Source: a bacterium (lineage in GTDB: Bacteria; SZUA-182; DTGQ01; JAFGSM01). From it: a stretch of 59,741 nt of DNA. The notes under the pieces were generated by a model. It was not told the origin of the DNA. It saw only the letters and a program-made list of their open reading frames with translations, and ran no database searches. The translations under genes and the position numbers were made by a program. Numbering within the stretch: position 1 is the first letter of the stretch; each line of letters opens with the position of its first letter. Below, in pieces: positions 9,753-19,327 of the stretch. The stretch lies in NCBI GenBank assembly GCA_049472335.1, contig JBLIRO010000026.1, positions 1 through 59,741 on the forward strand, in the 5' to 3' direction.

Positions 9753-10318
9753 ATCCCTTCAGTCCGGGTTACCAATCCCGTTTTAGGATCAAAGGCAACA
9801 CCGATGTTTTTCCCGAAACGCCGTCGTGCATAAACCCACAGATCATGATCTATAATATCCTCATAAGTCATCCGGTTTGTCTTACCATCCACAACCTTTG
9901 TAGGAGGACCCATGGCGATATAAACCTGCTCCTTGGTCATGTCAACCCTGGCAACGAGGTTCCTGATATTTTTCTGTACTTCTTCAGGGAACTTACTGAT
10001 GTCAACTTTTTCTCCAGTAATAAATTTTTCCAGAAAAATATCCCCGTAGTTGCCTATATCCAGTGTGTATTCCTTTCCATTCTCAATGGTCTCGATTTTT
10101 ACAATATTTTTGCCCCTATCGACAATCCTTATTTTTTCCCCAACCGGAATGTATGTTGGTGTAGACTGCCAGTTTATCCAGGTAATGTGATTGCCCTTTA
10201 TTACCTTAAGATTGCAGCGGGCATAATAGACCGCGGTATCCTGAGCGGAACAATAGCCCCCCGACAATAGTAACAAAACAATAGATATAACACCTAAAAA
10301 CAAAATGAATTTTTTCAT
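9740..10318 (-). CDS. secreted protein with SmpA/BamE-like motif
   Basis: Signal peptide; 'MTKEQVYIAMGPP...WVY' motif. Confidence 0.7.
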   Translation of the reverse strand: MKKFILFLGVISIVLLLLSGGYCSAQDTAVYYARCNLKVIKGNHITWINWQSTPTYIPVGEKIRIVDRGKNIVKIETIENGKEYTLDIGNYGDIFLEKFITGEKVDISKFPEEVQKNIRNLVARVDMTKEQVYIAMGPPTKVVDGKTNRMTYEDIIDHDLWVYARRRFGKNIGVAFDPKTGLVTRTEGIWGK

Positions 10319-10343
10319 AATTATATATCCCTATATCTATAAT

Positions 10344-11120
10344 CTATTTATTAAGTTTCTCTTTGGCTTCTTTGGCCCACATGCAATCCGGCGCGAACGA
10401 TACAGCCTTGTTCCACTCCTTTTGAGCATCTTCCTTATTATTATAAAGGTACTGATAGGTGTCACCGAGTCTCAGGTGGATCATGGCCGTTGTTTCAGCA
10501 TTATTTTCAGAAGATAGCCCCAGGGCCGATTCAAAGGATTCCTTTGCCTTTGAGCAATATTTTTCAAATTTGTCGTGGTCCCTGTCTAATGTATCAGTTG
10601 GTACTGGTGAGATTATTTTTTTCAGCGCCTTTCCCTCTTCGAGATACATGGTCCCCTGAAAGATGTATGCCTCCATATAGCCTGGATTGTAATAGAAGGC
10701 CTTCCTTAGGGACGTATCTGCCTTTTCAAGTCTGTTGTTAACCCAGTAACATTTCGCAAATGACAGAAAAATCTCGGGCGAGGTTTTATTTGAAGGAAAA
10801 AGCCTTTTTAAATCACCAAAAGCCTCATAAATCTTTGTCTTCCAAACAGGGTTATTTTTTTCTTTAAAAACCCTGGCCTGCTCAGTGGTTGTGTCTATAA
10901 AACCCAGTTTTAACCTCAGGTCTGAGGGATTATCTTTGGAAAGCTTTGTAAAGATGCTGAGCGCTTCATCCAGCTTGCCTTCGCATAACAGTTTTTTTCC
11001 CTTTTCATATTCAGCTTCCTGGGCAGGCTCAAGCGACCATGTTTTAGGTAGATATGCTAGGATCACAACACATATGATACTTACGATAATCAAGAAATGC
11101 TTATGTTTTAAATATCTCAT
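10344..11120 (-). CDS. secreted TPR-repeat protein
   Basis: Signal peptide; TPR-like helices (e.g. IHLRLGDTY...AQKEWNKAVSFAP); AGGAGG RBS. Confidence 0.8.
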   Translation of the reverse strand: MRYLKHKHFLIIVSIICVVILAYLPKTWSLEPAQEAEYEKGKKLLCEGKLDEALSIFTKLSKDNPSDLRLKLGFIDTTTEQARVFKEKNNPVWKTKIYEAFGDLKRLFPSNKTSPEIFLSFAKCYWVNNRLEKADTSLRKAFYYNPGYMEAYIFQGTMYLEEGKALKKIISPVPTDTLDRDHDKFEKYCSKAKESFESALGLSSENNAETTAMIHLRLGDTYQYLYNNKEDAQKEWNKAVSFAPDCMWAKEAKEKLNK

Positions 11121-11552
11121 CCCGAAAACCTCCTTTAAAAAATTGTCCCCATTTCTATTTGTTATTTAAGGATTTGGATTTTGTTTTTTGGATATTATTG
11201 CTTTGGAAAAATATATCTAAATCCCATATTACAGCCCATATTATGGATTGATAGGGAATAGAAGGATAAATATTATTTTTCTAAAAGCATATAAAAAACC
11301 CACAAAAAAAGCAATGGCTGGTTATTGTTGATTATTGGTGTTAATTATCGGTTATTAGTATTGGCTAAATGTTGGTTATTATAGGTTGGATATCATTATA
11401 ATGCTTCATTGTATATATACTATTTCAAATTATGCTTCTTACATCAAATAATCATTGTTTGCTTATGGTTTTCGTACTATATAATACTTTAAGAAGACAA
11501 GTACATTTGGTGATTATGAGTCCAGTTGCCCGCTAACTGGATGACGCATGGT

Positions 11553-11786
11553 TCATATTGTTTTTTTTAGCACCTTTTCTATCATATCGCGGGTTATAAT
11601 GATTTCTCCTTCAACACATCTTTTGCACTTTTTGACATATCTATTTTGAATATCAATCCCTTCAAAACAATCATCATTTGATTTGTATTCTCTTAAAACG
11701 ATATCGTCCCTTAATAATTCTTTCAAATTAACCTCATTAAGGTGTTTCCCCGGACCGTTACATCTTATCTTTATGATATCATTCAT
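11553..11786 (-). CDS. 77-aa Cys/His small protein (possible Zn ribbon)
   Basis: C-NGPGK-H and C-x2-C pairs; GAGG RBS; 28 bp downstream of the TPR gene. Confidence 0.65.
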   Translation of the reverse strand: MNDIIKIRCNGPGKHLNEVNLKELLRDDIVLREYKSNDDCFEGIDIQNRYVKKCKRCVEGEIIITRDMIEKVLKKTI

Positions 11787-11814
11787 AAAATACCTCTTTT
11801 GTTAAAGTATTACT

Positions 11815-12852
11815 TTACTTTATGGATTCATTTTTGAAAATTTCGGGAAGCTCAGTGCCGATCTGCTCAAGCCAGGCAGCATCAAATAGATCTGCTCCCC
11901 ATTGTTGACGTAATTTAATCAAATTATTTAATGCAATTTTTTCATCCGGCGAACCTAACTCAGCTAAAATTTTAAGAGCTGATACAAATAGTTTAAAGGC
12001 TTCTGAAAACTCACCTCGCTCCTGATGTATCCTGGCAATCTGGTGAAGTGAAGATGCCACACCAGACCGGTCTCCCAATTCTTCTTTAATTTTAAGGGAT
12101 TTTTGATACTGAACAAGAGCCTCCTCATACTCGCCTCGGACCTGATGAATCATGCCAATCTGGTGAAGGGAGAGGGCCACACCAACTCGGTTACCCAATT
12201 CTTCTTCTATTTTAAGGGATTTTTGATACTGAACAAGAGCCTCCTTATATTCACCCCGCTCCTGATAAATCATGCCAATCTGGTGAAGGGAGATGGCCAC
12301 ACCAGCTCGGTCTCCCAATTCTTCTTTAATTTTAAGGGATTTTTGATACTGAACAAGTGCCTCCTCATAATCACCCCGATACTGATGAATCATGCCAATC
12401 TGGTGAAGGGAGATGGACACACCAGCTCGGTTACCCAATTCTTCTTTAATTTTAAGGGATTTTTGATACTGAACAAGTGCCTTCTCATACTCCCCCCGAT
12501 CCTGATATAAAATACCCAGGTTGTGTAAAAGGCCGGCTTTTGCTAATCCTTCAACATGAGGCAATATCCGGATATACAATGATTCACGAAACCTGCCCAG
12601 ACCCCACCGGTCTAATAGTTCGGTCACTCCTGCGATAATGTCCGTAGCCTCTTCATATTCACAGGCCTCCATCAACAGCTCTGCTGCATCCACCTCTTCC
12701 AAAACCATAGGCAGGGATTTATATTCCTCAGGAATGTTCCCGGAGTGATTCATATAAAAAGATGAGGCATCCTTTAAATACTCATTCCATTCTTTTTCCT
12801 CAATCTTTGACCTGCAGAACTCCCGCACGAGTGTATGAACTCCTAAAAGCAC
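11815..12852 (-). CDS. TPR-repeat C-terminal part of the CHAT-STAND protein
   Basis: 40-aa repeats 'SLHQIGMIHQxRGxYEEALVQYQKSLKIKEELG'. Confidence 0.85.
   Translation of the reverse strand: MLLGVHTLVREFCRSKIEEKEWNEYLKDASSFYMNHSGNIPEEYKSLPMVLEEVDAAELLMEACEYEEATDIIAGVTELLDRWGLGRFRESLYIRILPHVEGLAKAGLLHNLGILYQDRGEYEKALVQYQKSLKIKEELGNRAGVSISLHQIGMIHQYRGDYEEALVQYQKSLKIKEELGDRAGVAISLHQIGMIYQERGEYKEALVQYQKSLKIEEELGNRVGVALSLHQIGMIHQVRGEYEEALVQYQKSLKIKEELGDRSGVASSLHQIARIHQERGEFSEAFKLFVSALKILAELGSPDEKIALNNLIKLRQQWGADLFDAAWLEQIGTELPEIFKNESIK
12011..12508 (-). repeat. 120-nt near-identical tandem repeats (~4 copies) encoding TPR units
   Basis: Lines starting 12061, 12181, 12301 and 12421 align almost base for base. 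Confidence 0.95.
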
Positions 12853-12885
12853 CCTATCTTCCTTTTCTATGGCAACAAGAAGGCC

Positions 12886-15066
12886 CTAGTTTACCAATTC
12901 AGTGATAGGCTGGTCGATGCCTTCAGCATGGCGCTCCTCAGGCAATAATTTCTCCAAAAGCTGTAATAATTCGGCATCCGGTAATTTTTTAAATTCATCC
13001 GGCAGTCTCTCGGCCATTTTTTTAAGACGGTCCTCATCGAGTTTCACCTTTTTGCCTATTACCCAGTGTGCTGCGGATTGATCAATGGGTCTTCTAAAGG
13101 CAGCAAGCCTGTTTAGCAACTCACAGCTTTGCTGGGAAAGCTTGGAGTAATTTAGCTCAATAGCCAGGAACTCCCGCAGTTCCGTATGGATAGCTTCCGC
13201 ATCATCCAGTGCCTGAGTGAGGGATTTCTGGCTGCAATGACGGTCAAGGGTTACAAGGGCATAGGGATGACCTCCAAAGGTTTTATAAGCCCTCAGTTTG
13301 TCCGGATAATCAGCCTGGGCTAAATGGGGCAGCTTTTGCATGAGTCCCAGTGCCTCGGGCCGGCTGAGATCGTGCAAAGGGATATGGTTTATGGTGCCGA
13401 TACGCTTTTCGTCTATGTCGAAAAGATAGCGGGTTGTAAACAAAAAGCGGCTGCCTTTGGCAGTTGTTTTTATAAGTGTCATGAGGAATGCCCTTAAGTT
13501 GTCATCAGCGATGTGATGGCTCCCATCTTTTTCTTTTAGCTGTTCCTCTTTTAACTGTTCCTCAAAATTATCGAAGATGATAAGCAGGGGCCATTCACTA
13601 AGCACCTGGGAGACATAGCTTGCAAGCTGCTCAGGTGGAAGGGAAAGGTGAATAAGCCCTTCGAGGGATTTTATGCCTTGCAGCTCCAGGAACCTGTGAA
13701 GCTCAAGAAGTATGGTGTCAGGAGCCAATGTGCCTGACCGGCAGTCAAAGGCGTATACCCCTTTGAAATAGGACCTCAGACGCTCCGCTGCATGGCTGAT
13801 TAAAGCGGTCTTTCCTATGCCGCCTATTCCATGCACAATAACGGCACGGTGGTTGCGGTGTAAAAGACTGTCCCGAAGGGTGCGGTATTCTTTGCGGCGT
13901 CCGTAAAAACCGAATGAGAGCTGGGGAAGCGGAAGATAATAGTTAAGCTCAATTTTGGGTTGGGTTGTCTTTTTCGTGACATCTGAAAGTGTTGTTTTCA
14001 AGGGCTGGGCATTGGCAAGGAAAAGGACAGGTGCAAAGGCATCCGCCCGGATGATTTCTTCATCATGCTGCAAAAGGATGCGGCGGCAGGCGCTCAGGGC
14101 TGCATCAAGGGATTGGCCCTCCATAAGACGGGGATAAAGGTTTTGGGCAAAAATGAGGCCTGCCTTATCAGTGATGGAAAACTGCATGGCTATTACGGCA
14201 GGAATTTTACGGCGTACAAAACCGCGTGCCAGGTCCTGAAAACCCCGGATATTGAGTGTTCGGGCCGTCTGACATCCGGAAAGAAGAACAAGCCTCAGGT
14301 TCTTTTCACCCTTCTCAATAACATTTAGAAAATCGCTTACGGAGGTGGGGCGCCTTTTCCCTTCAAGATCCTCAAGCAATACCCCGCCACCATCCCCGGG
14401 ATTGATCCCGTGTCCTGAATAGTGCAGTATATGGTATTCACCCTCCATGCTTCCTTCTATCACAGGAAGCTTTGCCTCGTCTTCAAATTCAATAGTAAGG
14501 CGCCCCTGCCCGGAAGGGGAGTTTGTAGCCTGCAATAATATTTCCTGCTCCTGTTCAATAGCAAGGCGTTCATGCTCCTCTAAGTCCAGGGGGCTTGAGA
14601 TCAGGGAAAGCATTTTTACAGGCAACGGCAGCTCTGGAAGAATGTCCTGAGGGGATATGTCGAGAGGAAGGCGTGTGAGGCTTGTGCATGCCCCGGTAGA
14701 GATATATTCAGCCCCGTCATTGAGGGCCTCCCAGGGAAGGATTTCCAATTCCTTTGCCTCAGGCGCAATACGAATACAGAGGGTTAAAAAAACGTTTTTT
14801 CCCTTGTATTCATTCCAGAGGCCTTTTATCTGTTCTGTAAAGATCCTCTTATACAGATCAGAGCCAAAACTATTGATGCTCTGCAACCGTTCATGGGGAT
14901 CTTTGGTATCTAAATCCATACGTGAGATCTGAAATTCAGTGGTGTAGGATAGTTCATAGGAGAACTCCTCCCTTGCAAGGGGGTGTGTTTTGTTGCGCTC
15001 AAAAACCTGGAGCGAAAAGTTTCCATCTTTGCCCCTTTCAATATGGAAATCAAGCGTTACCGGCAT
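12886..15066 (-). CDS. CHAT protease plus NB-ARC/STAND ATPase (N-terminal part)
   Basis: EILPWEAL; catalytic His (HILHYSGHG) and Cys (LLSGCQTA); Walker A GIGGIGKT, Walker B LIIFDNFE, FTTR, GGHPYAL. Confidence 0.9.
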   Translation of the reverse strand: MPVTLDFHIERGKDGNFSLQVFERNKTHPLAREEFSYELSYTTEFQISRMDLDTKDPHERLQSINSFGSDLYKRIFTEQIKGLWNEYKGKNVFLTLCIRIAPEAKELEILPWEALNDGAEYISTGACTSLTRLPLDISPQDILPELPLPVKMLSLISSPLDLEEHERLAIEQEQEILLQATNSPSGQGRLTIEFEDEAKLPVIEGSMEGEYHILHYSGHGINPGDGGGVLLEDLEGKRRPTSVSDFLNVIEKGEKNLRLVLLSGCQTARTLNIRGFQDLARGFVRRKIPAVIAMQFSITDKAGLIFAQNLYPRLMEGQSLDAALSACRRILLQHDEEIIRADAFAPVLFLANAQPLKTTLSDVTKKTTQPKIELNYYLPLPQLSFGFYGRRKEYRTLRDSLLHRNHRAVIVHGIGGIGKTALISHAAERLRSYFKGVYAFDCRSGTLAPDTILLELHRFLELQGIKSLEGLIHLSLPPEQLASYVSQVLSEWPLLIIFDNFEEQLKEEQLKEKDGSHHIADDNLRAFLMTLIKTTAKGSRFLFTTRYLFDIDEKRIGTINHIPLHDLSRPEALGLMQKLPHLAQADYPDKLRAYKTFGGHPYALVTLDRHCSQKSLTQALDDAEAIHTELREFLAIELNYSKLSQQSCELLNRLAAFRRPIDQSAAHWVIGKKVKLDEDRLKKMAERLPDEFKKLPDAELLQLLEKLLPEERHAEGIDQPITELVN

Positions 15067-15164
15067 TCTGCCTCCTGTTTCAGTGGGGTACCCCGATGGT
15101 TAGCCCCTTATCCAATCATAATGAAAATATAGTCTATATATAGTCTATATATTGTACGAATCCT

Positions 15165-15611
15165 TTACAGATAGACGCGTAGTATAAAAAGTAAAAAAAC
15201 AGCTATTAAACCAATACTGAAGGTGCCAAAGGCCCATTTCATATGCCTTTGTTTTTCCAGCAAGAGCTGTTGTATCTTATCACGTATATCATCCGGTGCA
15301 TGGATATTTATAGTCAATTTTTTGCTCATTAAAACCTGGAGCGTGCAATAGATAGCTATAAGCCAAAGAATGAGAGGTATAAGAAAGATAATTTTTACTG
15401 CAAAATTCATATTGTCCGGAATAAAATCGGCAAATCCCAAGATGCCAAGATAAATCCCGGTTATTATCTCTAAGCCTGTAAGGAAGGATTTAGCAGCATC
15501 ATGGACAGCATCAAAGGACCCTTCAAGCAGTTTTTGTCCCTGCTCAAGCCAGATTTTATCCTCCGGATCGGAAGCGGGACTCTCAAAGATGATCTCTTCG
15601 GGATCAGGCAT
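15165..15611 (-). CDS. 3-TM membrane protein with acidic N-terminal tail (Pycsar-effector-like topology)
   Basis: Three hydrophobic segments; DAAK before TM1 and EKQRHMKWAF before TM3; AGGGG RBS. Confidence 0.75.
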   Translation of the reverse strand: MPDPEEIIFESPASDPEDKIWLEQGQKLLEGSFDAVHDAAKSFLTGLEIITGIYLGILGFADFIPDNMNFAVKIIFLIPLILWLIAIYCTLQVLMSKKLTINIHAPDDIRDKIQQLLLEKQRHMKWAFGTFSIGLIAVFLLFILRVYL

Positions 15612-15724
15612 TCTTTTCCCCTTTTTGGGAACTTATATTATATAATTTGTAATGAGCAAAGTTTCATCAGAAGATAATAGAAATTTCCAAACTTCACCGG
15701 ATGATTTATTATTGATGTCATCTG

Positions 15725-15850
15725 CTATTCTTTTAAAAGGGTAGTTATCCCCTGGCGGATAATCTCTGCCATGGATACGCCTTTTTGTTTTGCCAATTTT
15801 TTTATAAGATCAGCCTGTTTTTCTGTTAATTGAACCTGTTTCCTTACCAT
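15725..15850 (-). CDS. CopG/ribbon-helix-helix protein (truncated VapB-like antitoxin)
   Basis: MVRKQVQLTEKQADLIKKLAKQKGVSMAEIIRQGI matches the RHH pattern; true start is ATG 15850. Confidence 0.65.
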   Translation of the reverse strand: MVRKQVQLTEKQADLIKKLAKQKGVSMAEIIRQGITTLLKE

Positions 15851-16187
15851 GTTATACCATATTAGATGGTTAGATATCCCGTTGTTTACAAAATTTAATG
15901 TTATGATTACACAAATTCTTAATGTAGTCAAAAATTCGGCTTTAAGTGGTCATAAGTAGAATGCATTATAAAAATGGTAGAAAAAGTTTTGTCAAAATAA
16001 ATATTTTTGCTTTTTCCCCTGATTGATGCTAAATTTTTTTTTAAAATGATAAAATCGTGAAAATGATAAAATCGTAGAAACTTTTTTATTCTTTGAAAAA
16101 GACTATTCAAAGAAAAACACATTTAAAGAAAAATTACATTTAAAGAAAAAGAAATAAGAAAAATAATGACATTTAAGAGGAATAGAG

Positions 16188-17663
16188 ATGCCATCAATTG
16201 ATATTGGTATTATCGGGGCAGGGATAGGCGGCCTGGCATGTGCGGCAAAGCTTGCAAAAGAAGGATTTGAAGTTGCGATATTTGAAAAGGAGGCCGAACC
16301 CGGAGGTTACTGCCGAAGTTTTACACGTGACGGATTCACATTCGATGCCTGTGTTGATTCAGTCGGCGAATTCGGACCCGGAGGAGTTATTGCAGCCATC
16401 CTATCGGATCTTGGGATCTATGTGGAGCTTGTCCCCCTCAATCCTGTTCGCTTCAATATCTTCCCCGATCACAGGGTTGCTATCCCGCCAGATTCATCAG
16501 AGTATCAAAAAATCTTGAAGGACCTGTTCCCTGATAGCTCCTCACAAATTGAAACATTATTCAAATTAATGAATTCCATTTACCGGGTATCTTTAAATAG
16601 TATCTTAAGGAAAAAGGATTTTTCAACCGAAGATCTGAAAGCGGCATTACCCTTTAAAGCTAAGACAGTATCCGAAGTTATGCGGGACATTGGATTGATG
16701 TATCCCCTCACCTCAGTGCTTTCAAATTATTGCACCTTTTTGGGACTGTCCCCTTCGGATCTTTCATTCTGGTCTTTGAGCAATCTTCTGGTCAGCTATC
16801 TAAACGGAGCGGTTAGGATTAAAGGGGGAATACAAAATCTGGCCCGAGGATTGACGCAGAGCATCAAGGGATTCGGAGGAAGGATAGTATATTTGAATAA
16901 AATAGACCATATTGGTATAATAAATAACCGTGCCGTTTATATCATGAATTCATCGGGTGAAACCTTTGATATCGGAAGGCATTTGATCTCAAATATTGAT
17001 GTCCTTGATCTGTTTCAAAAAAGGATTGATAAACGGCATTTGCATTCGGATTTTTGTTCAAAGCTAAAAAGGCTGCATATTTCTTCGTCCTTTTTGATTG
17101 TATACATAGGCACAAGCTTCGATTTCAGGAAATTTTCAGAATACAGCAGCATAGGGTACTTCCCGACTTACAATATGGAGAATGTCTGTTTTAGCTATAC
17201 AGGGGAAGATTCCATCGGGGAACAGAATCTAGGGATCGCCGTACCAAGCATTGACGACCCTGATCTGGCCCCTCCTGGAAAGAATACTATGATTATTCAT
17301 CTGCCTGTTGGAACAAAGAATACGGCACTGATAGATAAGGACAAGGGCAGGATTGCGGATAGCCTGATCCGCCAATGTGAAGGTCTTTTTCCCGGTATTT
17401 CGGAAAAGATTGATACATTAGTAATAGCGACCCCCTTGACCCTTGAAAGGATATCCGGAAATCATCTGGGGTCTGCCTATGGTTGGGAGCATTCCCCGGC
17501 CCAGATGCAGTTGATGAAAGAGATAAATTTTCCTTTTAAAAACATGAGTATCGTGGGCCACTGGGCCGGGTTGGGAGGCGGGGTGATACCGGCTATGCTT
17601 ACAGGATATCTTGCCGCAAAGAAGATTATTGAGAGGGAAAATGGAGCTACAGGAAAAGATTAA
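16188..17663 (+). CDS. phytoene desaturase-family FAD/NAD(P) oxidoreductase
   Basis: GAGIGGL...EKEAEPGG...DGFTFDA; PSIDDPDLAPPGK; ATPLTLER...GSAYGW; VGHW..GGGV. Confidence 0.9.
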   Translation: MPSIDIGIIGAGIGGLACAAKLAKEGFEVAIFEKEAEPGGYCRSFTRDGFTFDACVDSVGEFGPGGVIAAILSDLGIYVELVPLNPVRFNIFPDHRVAIPPDSSEYQKILKDLFPDSSSQIETLFKLMNSIYRVSLNSILRKKDFSTEDLKAALPFKAKTVSEVMRDIGLMYPLTSVLSNYCTFLGLSPSDLSFWSLSNLLVSYLNGAVRIKGGIQNLARGLTQSIKGFGGRIVYLNKIDHIGIINNRAVYIMNSSGETFDIGRHLISNIDVLDLFQKRIDKRHLHSDFCSKLKRLHISSSFLIVYIGTSFDFRKFSEYSSIGYFPTYNMENVCFSYTGEDSIGEQNLGIAVPSIDDPDLAPPGKNTMIIHLPVGTKNTALIDKDKGRIADSLIRQCEGLFPGISEKIDTLVIATPLTLERISGNHLGSAYGWEHSPAQMQLMKEINFPFKNMSIVGHWAGLGGGVIPAMLTGYLAAKKIIERENGATGKD

Positions 17664-17907
17664 AGAATTCATTATACATACATTAAGACTGGATATAACA
17701 CCGGAAGAGATTGGAGACGATACGCCGCTTTTCGGAGAATCCGGATTGGGCCTCGATTCAATCGACGCGCTGGAGCTGATCGTCAATCTGGAGAAAAAAT
17801 TTCATATAAAGATCACGGATAACATTCAGGGTGAAAAGATTTTATCCTCCGTGAGCACGATAACTGAATTTGTAACGAGCACCGGTAAAGAGATTCCAAT
17901 AGGATAA
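17641..17907 (+). CDS. acyl carrier protein (aryl-polyene/ladderane-cluster type)
   Basis: PLFGESGLGLDSIDALEL phosphopantetheine motif; start ATG 17641 after GAGGG RBS. Confidence 0.9.
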   Translation: MELQEKIKEFIIHTLRLDITPEEIGDDTPLFGESGLGLDSIDALELIVNLEKKFHIKITDNIQGEKILSSVSTITEFVTSTGKEIPIG

Positions 17908-17974
17908 TATAAGTTTTACTATTACTATAAGTTTAATAAAATAATAAAATAATAAGAGATAATATAACTGGGAT

Positions 17975-19327
17975 ATGCCTAATCTTATTGATTCGATCAA
18001 AAAAAAGGCGTCTTTGCAACTGGCGGATCTTTTCTTGCATCTCGGCAGTCAATTTTCCAATCAAGCCCTGCTCAGAATAATCGACCTGTTTTCCATGACC
18101 ATCAATGACCCGGGCTATCAGGATGGCTTCAGATATATTCGCCTCCTGATCAGAGACAATCACGGGTGTGTATCCGCAGCAAGGCGTTTGATCCGGGAGC
18201 TTAATCCGCAGGTACGTAAAAAAATAATAGAGAATTTCTTTATAGGTTCTATCATGGAAGGATATCAAAAACGATATCAATTCTGGCAGGAGTATGGATT
18301 CGCGCCGCCTGTGTCCATCCTTATGAGCCCGACTCAGCGCTGCAATCTTAATTGTACCGGATGTTTTGCCGCTGAATACGAAAGGTCCCCTTCGTTGTCT
18401 ATGGAGATCATGGATAAAATCATAAAGGAGGCAAAAAGTATCGGAATATATCAGATTACCTTGCTGGGTGGAGAGCCCCTGCTGAGGATTCATGAATTAT
18501 TGACATTATTTGAAAACCACCCTGATATGGCTTTTCAGGTCTTCACAAACGGGCTGTTGATGAATCAGGATATCGCCTTTGCGTTGGCCAATTTGGGGAA
18601 TGTGGCCATCTCCTTAAGCATTGAAGGCTTTCAGCGGGAGACGGATGCCAGAAGAGGCGAGGGAAGCTTTGACGCGGTTCTTCAGGCCATGGATTTCCTG
18701 AAAAAAGCTGGGATCTTGTCTGCCTTTTCGGTTACAGTAACAAGGCAGAATCTGGACGTTGTTACCTCAGAAGAATTTATCAAGAAGATGATTGATAAGG
18801 GATGCATTTATGGCTGGTATTTTTTATATCTTCCCGTCGGCGGATGTCCGACCGCCTCCTCCATGCCGACACCGAATGAACGGAGGATATTGCGCGAACG
18901 AATAATCAACCTTCGCAGGAAGCATCCCATTCTTCTGGTGGATTTCTGGCATGATGGAAAGATCACGCATGGATGTATGGCAGGCGGAAGAAAATATCTC
19001 CACATAAACGCCAATGGGGATGTAGAGCCTTGCGTGTTCGCGCATTTTGCGGTAGACAACATTAATGAGAAATCCCTGATCGAGGTTTTACAATCACCGT
19101 TTTTTAATGAGATAAGGAGAAGAGTAGGAGAAGAGAAGAATCTGCTCCGTCCGTGCATGATTATAGATAAGCCTGAAGTCCTTCGGGAAACCGTGAAGAA
19201 TCACCACGCCTATCCCACAAGTGCTCACGCTTTTACATTGTTGGAGGAGTTTAAAGAACACCTGGATACTTACTCTTCTACCTATAAAAAGATTGCGGAT
19301 GAACTCTGGTACGGTCCCGAGCAATAA
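17975..19327 (+). CDS. radical SAM protein with SPASM/twitch-type C-terminal domain
   Basis: CNLNCTGC, GGEP, GCMAGG..YLHINANGDVEPCVF, LLRPCMIID. Confidence 0.9.
   Translation: MPNLIDSIKKKASLQLADLFLHLGSQFSNQALLRIIDLFSMTINDPGYQDGFRYIRLLIRDNHGCVSAARRLIRELNPQVRKKIIENFFIGSIMEGYQKRYQFWQEYGFAPPVSILMSPTQRCNLNCTGCFAAEYERSPSLSMEIMDKIIKEAKSIGIYQITLLGGEPLLRIHELLTLFENHPDMAFQVFTNGLLMNQDIAFALANLGNVAISLSIEGFQRETDARRGEGSFDAVLQAMDFLKKAGILSAFSVTVTRQNLDVVTSEEFIKKMIDKGCIYGWYFLYLPVGGCPTASSMPTPNERRILRERIINLRRKHPILLVDFWHDGKITHGCMAGGRKYLHINANGDVEPCVFAHFAVDNINEKSLIEVLQSPFFNEIRRRVGEEKNLLRPCMIIDKPEVLRETVKNHHAYPTSAHAFTLLEEFKEHLDTYSSTYKKIADELWYGPEQ

Larger units (their letters stand above)
11815..15066 (-). pseudogene. 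CHAT(caspase-like)-STAND NTPase-TPR protein interrupted by a single in-frame TAG at 12886-12888
   Basis: ORFs 12886..15066 and 11815..12852 are in the same frame and read ...ITELVN*GLLVAIEKEDRVLLGVHTLVREFC. Confidence 0.85.

Noticed and set aside
11521..11541. TCCAGTT/AACTGGA hairpin as an integron attC site
   Set aside because: Too short, lacks paired R and L boxes, and no integrase or cassette array is present.
12011..12508. 120-nt repeats as a CRISPR array or DGR template/variable pair
   Set aside because: They are contiguous coding TPR units with no unique spacers, differences are not adenine-specific, and the only RT is a distant fragment.
12886..12888. Pyrrolysine or genome-wide TAG recoding
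   Set aside because: Other genes here end normally at TAG (e.g. 19327, 20495), and a Trp-to-amber point change is simpler.
15928..16122. 64-aa ORF
   Set aside because: AT-rich promoter DNA containing short duplications; no RBS or motif.
17611..17640. ORF-track N-terminal extension of the ACP (also 19221-19298 of the ATP-grasp)
   Set aside because: Overlaps upstream genes; downstream ATGs fit RBS position and family length better.
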